A DNA stretch of 35,451 nucleotides from a virus (lineage: Duplodnaviria > Heunggongvirae > Uroviricota > Caudoviricetes): IMG/VR virus record IMGVR_UViG_2695420367_000003, positions 1-35,451 of that record. One strand, 5' to 3'. Every line of letters starts with the position of its first letter. Positions within the stretch are counted from its first letter, which is position 1. Shown here piece after piece: positions 29,350-35,451 of this stretch. Under the pieces are notes generated by a model. That model did not search any database. It was not told the origin of the DNA and saw nothing but the letters and a program-made list of their open reading frames with translations. The translations under genes were made by a program, and so were the position numbers.

Positions 29350-29745
29350 ATGACGAAAGATGAACTGATTGCCCGTCTCCGCTCGCTGGGTGAACAACTG
29401 AACCGTGATGTCAGCCTGACGGGGACGAAAGAAGAACTGGCGCTCCGTGTGGCAGAGCTGGAAGAAGAGCTTGATGACACGGATGACACTGCCGGTCAGG
29501 ACACCCCTCTCAGCCAGGAAAATGTGCTGACCGGGCATGAAAATGAGGTGGTATCAGCGCAGCCGGATACCGTGACTGATACGGCTGCTCTGGTCACGGT
29601 CGTGGCACTGGTGACGCTGCACACTGTTGCACTTCACGCCACGCGGGATGAACCAGTGGCATTCGTACTGCCGGGAACGGCGTTCCGTGTCTCTGCCAGT
29701 GTGGCAGCCGAAATGACAGAACATGGCTTGGCCAGAATGCAATAA
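29350..29745 (+). CDS. FI: DNA packaging protein FI
   Basis: MTKDELIARLRSLGEQLNRDVSLTGTKEELALRVAELEEEL… matches lambda gpFI. Confidence 0.92.
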   Translation: MTKDELIARLRSLGEQLNRDVSLTGTKEELALRVAELEEELDDTDDTAGQDTPLSQENVLTGHENEVVSAQPDTVTDTAALVTVVALVTLHTVALHATRDEPVAFVLPGTAFRVSASVAAEMTEHGLARMQ

Positions 29746-29756
29746 CGGGAGGCGCT

Positions 29757-30110
29757 GTGGCTGATTTCGATAACCTGTTCGATGCTGCCATTGCCCGCGC
29801 CGATGAAACGATACGCGGGTACATGGGAACGTCAGCCACCATTACATCCGGTGAGCAGTCCGGTGCTGTGATACGTGGTGTTTTTGATGACCCTGAAAAT
29901 ATCAGCTATGCCGGACAGGGCGTGCGCGTTGAAGGCTCCAGCCCGTCCCTGTTTGTCCGGACTGATGATGTGCGGCAGCTGCGGCGTGGAGACACGCTGA
30001 CCATCGGTGAGGAAAACTTCTGGGTAGATCGGGTTACGCCGGATGATGGCGGAAGCTGTCATCTCTGGCTTGGGCGGGGGGGACCGCCTGCCGTTAACCG
30101 TCGCCGCTGA
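29757..30110 (+). CDS. FII: Head-tail connector protein FII
   Basis: MADFDNLFDAAIARADETIRGYMGTSATITSGEQSG… matches lambda gpFII; GTG start. Confidence 0.92.
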   Translation: MADFDNLFDAAIARADETIRGYMGTSATITSGEQSGAVIRGVFDDPENISYAGQGVRVEGSSPSLFVRTDDVRQLRRGDTLTIGEENFWVDRVTPDDGGSCHLWLGRGGPPAVNRRR

Positions 30111-30121
30111 AAGGGGGATGT

Positions 30122-30700
30122 ATGGCCATAAAAGGTCTTGAGCAGGCCGTTGAAAACCTCAGCCGTATCAGCAAAACGGCGGTGCCTGGTGCCGCCGCAA
30201 TGGCCATTAACCGCGTTGCTTCATCCGCGATATCGCAGTCGGCGTCACAGGTTGCCCGTGAGACAAAGGTACGTCGGAAACTGGTAAAGGAAAGGGCCAG
30301 GCTGAAAAGGGCCACGGTCAAAAATCCGCAGGCCAGAATCAAGGTTAACCGGGGGGGTTTGCCCGTAATCAGGCTGGGTAATGCGCGGGTTGTCCTGTCC
30401 CGCCGCAGGCGTCGTAAAAAGGGGCAGCGTTCATCCCTGAAAGGTGGCGGTAGCGTGCTTGTGGTGGGAAACCGTCGTATTTCCGGCGCGTTTATTCAGC
30501 AACTGAAAAATGGCCGGTGGCATGTTATGCAGCGTGTGGCCGGGAAAAACCGTTACCCCATTGATGTGGTGAAAATCCCGATGGCGGTGCCACTGACCAC
30601 GGCGTTTAAACAGAATATTGAGCGGATACGGCGTGAGCGTCTTCCGAAAGAGCTGGGCTATGCGCTGCAGCATCAACTGAGAATGGTAATAAAGCGATGA
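30122..30700 (+). CDS. Z: Tail completion protein Z
   Basis: MAIKGLEQAVENLSRISKTAVPGAAAMAINRVASS… matches lambda gpZ. Confidence 0.92.
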   Translation: MAIKGLEQAVENLSRISKTAVPGAAAMAINRVASSAISQSASQVARETKVRRKLVKERARLKRATVKNPQARIKVNRGGLPVIRLGNARVVLSRRRRRKKGQRSSLKGGGSVLVVGNRRISGAFIQQLKNGRWHVMQRVAGKNRYPIDVVKIPMAVPLTTAFKQNIERIRRERLPKELGYALQHQLRMVIKR

Positions 30701-31092
30701 AACATACTGAACTCCGTGCAGCCGTACTGGATGCACTGGAGAAGCATGACACCGGGGCGACGCTTTTTGATGGTCGCCCCGCTGTTTTTGATGAGGCGGA
30801 TTTTCCGGCAATTGCCGTTTATCTCACCGGCGCTGAATACACGGGCGAAGAGCTGGACAGCGATACCTGGCAGGCGGAGCTGCATATTGAAGTTTTCCTG
30901 CCTGCTCAGGTGCCGGATTCAGAGCTGGATTCGTGGATGGAGTCCCGGATTTATCCGGTGATGAGCGATATCCCGGCACTGTCAGATTTGATCACCAGTA
31001 TGGTGGCCAGTGGCTATGACTACCGACGCGACGATGATGCGGGCCTGTGGAGTTCAGCCGATCTGACTTATGTCATTACCTATGAAATGTGA
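30697..31092 (+). CDS. U: Tail terminator protein U
   Basis: [43 protein letters not shown]… matches lambda gpU. Confidence 0.92.
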   Translation: MKHTELRAAVLDALEKHDTGATLFDGRPAVFDEADFPAIAVYLTGAEYTGEELDSDTWQAELHIEVFLPAQVPDSELDSWMESRIYPVMSDIPALSDLITSMVASGYDYRRDDDAGLWSSADLTYVITYEM

Positions 31093-31099
31093 GGACGCT

Positions 31100-31840
31100 A
31101 TGCCTGTACCAAATCCAACAATGCCGGTGAAAGGTGCCGGGACCACACTGTGGGTTTATAAGGGGAACGGTGACCCTTATGCGAACCCGCTTTCAGACGT
31201 TGACTGGTCGCGTCTGGCAAAAGTTAAAGACCTGACGCCCGGCGAACTGACCGCTGAGTCCTATGACGACAGCTATCTCGATGATGAAGATGCAGACTGG
31301 ACTGCGACCGGGCAGGGGCAGAAATCTGCCGGAGATACCAGCTTCACGCTGGCGTGGATGCCCGGAGAGCAGGGGCAGCAGGCGCTGCTGGCGTGGTTTA
31401 ATGAAGGTGATACCCGTGCCTATAAAATCCGCTTCCCGAACGGCACGGTCGATGTGTTCCGTGGCTGGGTCAGCAGTATCGGTAAGGCGGTGACGGCGAA
31501 GGAAGTGATCACCCGCACGGTGAAGGTCACCAATGTGGGACGCCCGTCGATGGCTGAAGATCGCAGTACGGTGACGGCGGCAACCGGCATGACGGTAACG
31601 CCAGCCAGTGCGTCCGTAGTGAAAGGGCAGAGCACCACGCTGACCGTGGCATTCCAGCCGGAAGGCGCAACCGACAAGAGCTTCCGTGCGGTGTCTGCGG
31701 ATAAAACAAAAGCCACCGTGTCGGTCAGTGGTATGACCATCACCGTGAAAGGTGTTGCTGCAGGCAAGGTCAACATTCCGGTCGTATCCGGTAATGGTGA
31801 ACTTGCTGCGGTTGCAGAAATCAACGTCACCGCCAGTTAA
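31100..31840 (+). CDS. V: Major tail tube protein V
   Basis: [39 protein letters not shown]… matches lambda gpV, including the C-terminal Ig-like domain. Confidence 0.93.
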   Translation: MPVPNPTMPVKGAGTTLWVYKGNGDPYANPLSDVDWSRLAKVKDLTPGELTAESYDDSYLDDEDADWTATGQGQKSAGDTSFTLAWMPGEQGQQALLAWFNEGDTRAYKIRFPNGTVDVFRGWVSSIGKAVTAKEVITRTVKVTNVGRPSMAEDRSTVTAATGMTVTPASASVVKGQSTTLTVAFQPEGATDKSFRAVSADKTKATVSVSGMTITVKGVAAGKVNIPVVSGNGELAAVAEINVTAS

Positions 31841-31855
31841 TCCGGAGAGTCAGCG

Positions 31856-32278
31856 ATGTTCCTGAAAACCGAATCATTTGAACATAACGGCGTGACCGTC
31901 ACGCTTTCTGAACTTTCAGCCCTGCAGCGTATTGAGCATCTCGCCCTGATGAAACGGCAGGCAGAACAGGCGGAGTCAGACAGCAACCGGAAGTTTACAG
32001 TGGAAGACGCCATCAGAACCGGTGCTTTTGTGGTGGCGATGTCCCTGTGGCATAACCATCCGCAGAAGACAAAGCAGCCTTCCATGAATGAAGCCGTTAA
32101 ACAGATTGAGCAGGAAGTGCTTACCACCTGGCCCACAGAGGCAATTTCTCATGCTGAAAACGTGGTGTACCGGCTGTCCGGTATGTATGAGTTTGTGGTG
32201 AATGATGCCCCTGAACAGGCAGAGGACGCCGGGCCTGCAGAGCCTGTTTCTGCGGGAAAGTGTTCGACGGTGAGCTGA
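31856..32278 (+). CDS. G: Tail assembly chaperone G
   Basis: MFLKTESFEHNGVTVTLSELSALQRIEHLALMKRQAEQAESD… matches lambda gpG. Confidence 0.93.
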   Translation: MFLKTESFEHNGVTVTLSELSALQRIEHLALMKRQAEQAESDSNRKFTVEDAIRTGAFVVAMSLWHNHPQKTKQPSMNEAVKQIEQEVLTTWPTEAISHAENVVYRLSGMYEFVVNDAPEQAEDAGPAEPVSAGKCSTVS

Positions 32279-32694
32279 GTTTTGCCCTGAAACTGGCGCG
32301 CGAGATGGGGCGACCCGACTGGCGTGCCATGCTTGCCGGGATGTCATCCACGGAGTATGCCGACTGGCACCGCTTTTACAGTACCCATTATTTTCATGAT
32401 GTTCTGCTGGATATGCACTTTTCCGGGCTGACGTACACCGTGCTCAGCCTGTTTTTCAGCGATCCGGATATGCATCCGCTGGATTTCAGTCTGCTGAACC
32501 GGCGCGAGGCTGACGAAGAGCCTGAAGATGATGTGCTGATGCAGAAAGCGGCAGGGCTTGCCGGAGGTGTCCGCTTTGTCCCGGACGGGAATGAAGTTAT
32601 CCCCGCCTCCCCGGATGTGGCGGACATGACGGAGGATGACGTAATGCTGATGACAGTATCAGAAGGGATCGCAGGAGGAGTCCGGTATGGCTGA
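31856..32694 (+). CDS. T: Tail assembly chaperone GT (product of the -1 frameshift at 32254-32260)
   Basis: The T-frame ORF (…FDGELSFALKLAREMGRPDWRAMLAGMSSTEYADWHRFYST…) matches the lambda gpT portion and has no independent start. Confidence 0.85.
32254..32260 (+). promoter_or_regulatory. Programmed -1 ribosomal frameshift slippery site G GGA AAG (G to GT fusion)
   Basis: Heptamer in the G frame near the G 3' end; the -1 frame continues as the T ORF to 32694. Confidence 0.85.
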
Positions 32695-35248
32695 ACCGGT
32701 AGGCGATCTGGTCGTTGATTTAAGTCTGGATGCGGCCAGATTTGACGAGCAGATGGCCAGAGTCAGGCGTCATTTTTCCGGTACGGAAAGTGATGCGAAA
32801 AAAACAGCGGCAGTCGTTGAACAGTCAATGAACCGACAGGCGCTGGCTGCACAGAAAGCGGGGATTTCCGTCGGGCAGTATAAAGCCGCCATGCGTATGC
32901 TGCCTGCACAGTTCACCGACGTGGCCACGCAGCTTGCAGGCGGGCAAAGCCCGTGGCTGATCCTGCTGCAACAGGGTGGTCAGGTTAAGGACTCCTTCGG
33001 CGGGATGATCCCCATGTTCAGGGGGCTTGCCGGTGCGATCACCCTGCCGATGGTGGGGGCCACCTCGCTGGCGGTGGCGACCGGTGCGCTGGCGTATGCC
33101 TGGTATCAGGGCAACTCAACCCTGTCCGGTTTCAACAAAACGCTGGTCCTTTCCGGCAATCAGGCGGGACTGACGGCAGATCGTATGCTGGTCCTGTCCA
33201 GAGCCGGGCAGGCGGCAGGGCTGACGTTTAACCAGACCAGCGAGTCACTCAGCGCACTGGTTAAGGCGGGGGTAAGCGGTGAGGCTCAGATTGCGTCCAT
33301 CAGCCAGAGTGTGGCGCGTTTCTCCTCTGCATCCGGCGTGGAGGTGAACAAGGTCGCTGAAGCCTTCGGGAAGCTGACCACAGACCCGACGTCGGGGCTG
33401 ACGGCGATGGCGCGCCAGTTCCATAACGTGACGGCGGAGCAGATTGCGTATGTTGCTCAGTTGCAGCGTTCCGGCGATGAGGCCGGGGCATTGCAGGCAG
33501 CGAACGAGGCCGCAACGAAAGGGTTTGATGACCAGACCCGCCGCCTGAAAGAGAACATGGGCACGCTGGAGACCTGGGCAGACAGGACTGCGCGGGCATT
33601 CAAATCCATGTGGGATGCGGTGCTGGATATTGGTCGTCCTGATACCGCGCAGGAGATGCTGATTAAGGCAGAGGCTGCGTTTAAGAAAGCAGACGACATC
33701 TGGAATCTGCGCAAGGATGATTATTTTGTTAACGATGAAGCGCGGGCGCGTTACTGGGATGATCGTGAAAAGGCCCGTCTTGCGCTTGAAGCCGCGAGAA
33801 AGAAGGCTGAACAGCAGAGTCAACAGGACAAAAATGCGCAGCAGCAGAGCGATACCGAAGCGTCACGGCTGAAATATACCGAAGAGGCGCAGAAGGCTTA
33901 CGAACGGCTGCAGACGCCGCTGGAGAAATATACCGCCCGTCAGGAAGAACTGAACAAGGCACTGAAGGACGGGAAAATTCTGCAGGCAGATTACAACACG
34001 CTGATGGCGGCGGCGAAAAAGGACTATGAAGCGACGCTGAAAAAGCCGAAACAGTCCGGCGTGAAGGTGTCTGCGGGCGATCGTCAGGAAGACAGTGCTC
34101 ATGCTGCCCTGCTGACGCTTCAGGCTGAACTCCGGACGCTGGAGAAGCATGCCGGAGCAAATGAGAAAATCAGCCAGCAGCGCCGGGATTTGTGGAAGGC
34201 GGAGAGTCAGTTCGCGGTACTGGAGGAGGCGGCGCAACGTCGCCAGCTGTCCGCACAGGAGAAATCCCTGCTGGCGCATAAAGATGAGACGCTGGAGTAC
34301 AAACGCCAGCTGGCTGCACTTGGCGACAAGGTTACGTATCAGGAGCGCCTGAACGCGCTGGCGCAGCAGGCGGATAAATTCGCACAGCAGCAACGGGCAA
34401 AACGGGCCGCCATTGATGCGAAAAGCCGGGGGCTGACTGACCGGCAGGCAGAACGGGAAGCCACGGAACAGCGCCTGAAGGAACAGTATGGCGATAATCC
34501 GCTGGCGCTGAATAACGTCATGTCAGAGCAGAAAAAGACCTGGGCGGCTGAAGACCAGCTTCGCGGGAGCTGGATGGCAGGCCTCAGGTCCGGCTGGAGC
34601 GAGTGGAAAGAGAGCGCCACGGACAGTATGTCGCAGGTTAAAAGTGCAGCCACGCAGACCTTTGATGGTATTGCACAGAATATGGCGGCGATGCTGACCG
34701 GCAGTGAACAGAACTGGCGCAGCTTCACCCGTTCCGTGCTGTCCATGATGACAGAAATTCTGCTTAAGCAGGCAATGGTGGGGATTGTCGGGAGTATCGG
34801 CAGCGCCATTGGCGGGGCTGTTGGTGGCGGCGCATCCGCGTCAGGCGGTACAGCCATTCAGGCCGCTGCGGCGAAATTCCATTTTGCAACCGGAGGATTT
34901 ACGGGAACCGGCGGCAAATATGAGCCAGCGGGGATTGTTCACCGTGGTGAATTTGTCTTCACGAAGGAGGCAACCAGCCGGATTGGCGTAGGAAATCTTT
35001 ACCGGCTGATGCGCGGCTATGCCACCGGCGGTTATGTCGGTACACCGGGCAGCATGGCGGACAGCCGGTCGCAGGCGTCCGGGACGTTTGAGCAGAATAA
35101 CCATGTGGTGATTAACAACGACGGCACGAACGGTCAGATAGGGCCACAGGCACTGAAGGCGGTTTATGACGTAGCCCGTAAGGCGGCAATGGATGTTGTG
35201 ACCGGGCAGATGCGCGATGGTGGTCTGTTCTCCGGAGGTGGACGATGA
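32687..35248 (+). CDS. H: Tail tape measure protein H
   Basis: 853 aa, matches lambda gpH along its length (MAEPVGDLVVDLSLDAARFDEQMARVRRHF…). Confidence 0.95.
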   Translation: MAEPVGDLVVDLSLDAARFDEQMARVRRHFSGTESDAKKTAAVVEQSMNRQALAAQKAGISVGQYKAAMRMLPAQFTDVATQLAGGQSPWLILLQQGGQVKDSFGGMIPMFRGLAGAITLPMVGATSLAVATGALAYAWYQGNSTLSGFNKTLVLSGNQAGLTADRMLVLSRAGQAAGLTFNQTSESLSALVKAGVSGEAQIASISQSVARFSSASGVEVNKVAEAFGKLTTDPTSGLTAMARQFHNVTAEQIAYVAQLQRSGDEAGALQAANEAATKGFDDQTRRLKENMGTLETWADRTARAFKSMWDAVLDIGRPDTAQEMLIKAEAAFKKADDIWNLRKDDYFVNDEARARYWDDREKARLALEAARKKAEQQSQQDKNAQQQSDTEASRLKYTEEAQKAYERLQTPLEKYTARQEELNKALKDGKILQADYNTLMAAAKKDYEATLKKPKQSGVKVSAGDRQEDSAHAALLTLQAELRTLEKHAGANEKISQQRRDLWKAESQFAVLEEAAQRRQLSAQEKSLLAHKDETLEYKRQLAALGDKVTYQERLNALAQQADKFAQQQRAKRAAIDAKSRGLTDRQAEREATEQRLKEQYGDNPLALNNVMSEQKKTWAAEDQLRGSWMAGLRSGWSEWKESATDSMSQVKSAATQTFDGIAQNMAAMLTGSEQNWRSFTRSVLSMMTEILLKQAMVGIVGSIGSAIGGAVGGGASASGGTAIQAAAAKFHFATGGFTGTGGKYEPAGIVHRGEFVFTKEATSRIGVGNLYRLMRGYATGGYVGTPGSMADSRSQASGTFEQNNHVVINNDGTNGQIGPQALKAVYDVARKAAMDVVTGQMRDGGLFSGGGR

Positions 35249-35451
35249 AAACCTTCCGCTGGAAAGTGAAACCCGGTATGGATGTGGCTTCGGCCCCTTC
35301 TGTAAGAAAGGTGCGCTTTGGTGATGGCTGTTCCCAGCGAGCGCCTGCCGGGCTGAATGCCAACCTGAAAACGTACAGCGTGACGCTTTCTGTCCCCCGT
35401 GAGGAGGCCACGGTACTGGAGTCGTTTCTGGAAGAGCACGGGGGCTGGAAA
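35245..35451 (+). CDS. M: Minor tail protein M, 3'-truncated by window edge
   Basis: MKTFRWKVKPGMDVAS…YSVTLSVPREEATVLESFLEEHGGWK matches the lambda gpM N-terminus; ATG overlaps the H stop. Confidence 0.9.
   Translation, partial: MKTFRWKVKPGMDVASAPSVRKVRFGDGCSQRAPAGLNANLKTYSVTLSVPREEATVLESFLEEHGGWK

Noticed and set aside
33245-34857. Several 100-190-aa ORFs antisense to or out of frame within the tape measure gene H (33245-33823, 33729-34160, 33863-34393, 34339-34857)
   Set aside because: H is a full-length lambda gpH match; the overlapping ORFs are low-complexity (Arg/Ala/Pro-rich) artefacts of the repetitive, GC-rich H sequence.

Overview
This window is a lambda-like phage or prophage segment, collinear with phage lambda from replication gene O (5' end cut by the window) through tail gene M (3' end cut). 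All protein identifications rest on my recollection of lambda and DLP12 sequences and on motifs read by eye; no database search was run. Three things depart from the lambda plan. (1) Between P and the nin-region genes sits an AT-rich cargo pair: a 1302-aa invasin/intimin-family inverse-autotransporter adhesin and a convergent lipoprotein esterase. (2) The nin region is of DLP12 type (ybcN-like, ninE, ybcO, rusA, ylcG, Q). (3) The major capsid gene E is split after codon ~82 by a ~10.4 kb insertion (about 18085-28527) bounded by a 10-bp direct repeat. The insert looks like a P4/PICI-type phage satellite: tyrosine integrase, AlpA, divergent regulatory region, P4-family primase-helicase, iteron origin, SSB-like protein, its own diverged homologs of capsid proteins E and D, a helix-turn-helix protein, a cos site closely resembling the helper cos, and two AT-rich cargo loci of unknown function. 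Joining the two flanks in silico rebuilds an intact E reading frame, so the element appears to use the helper capsid gene as its attachment site. I regard this satellite-in-capsid-gene arrangement as the most interesting and possibly undescribed feature.
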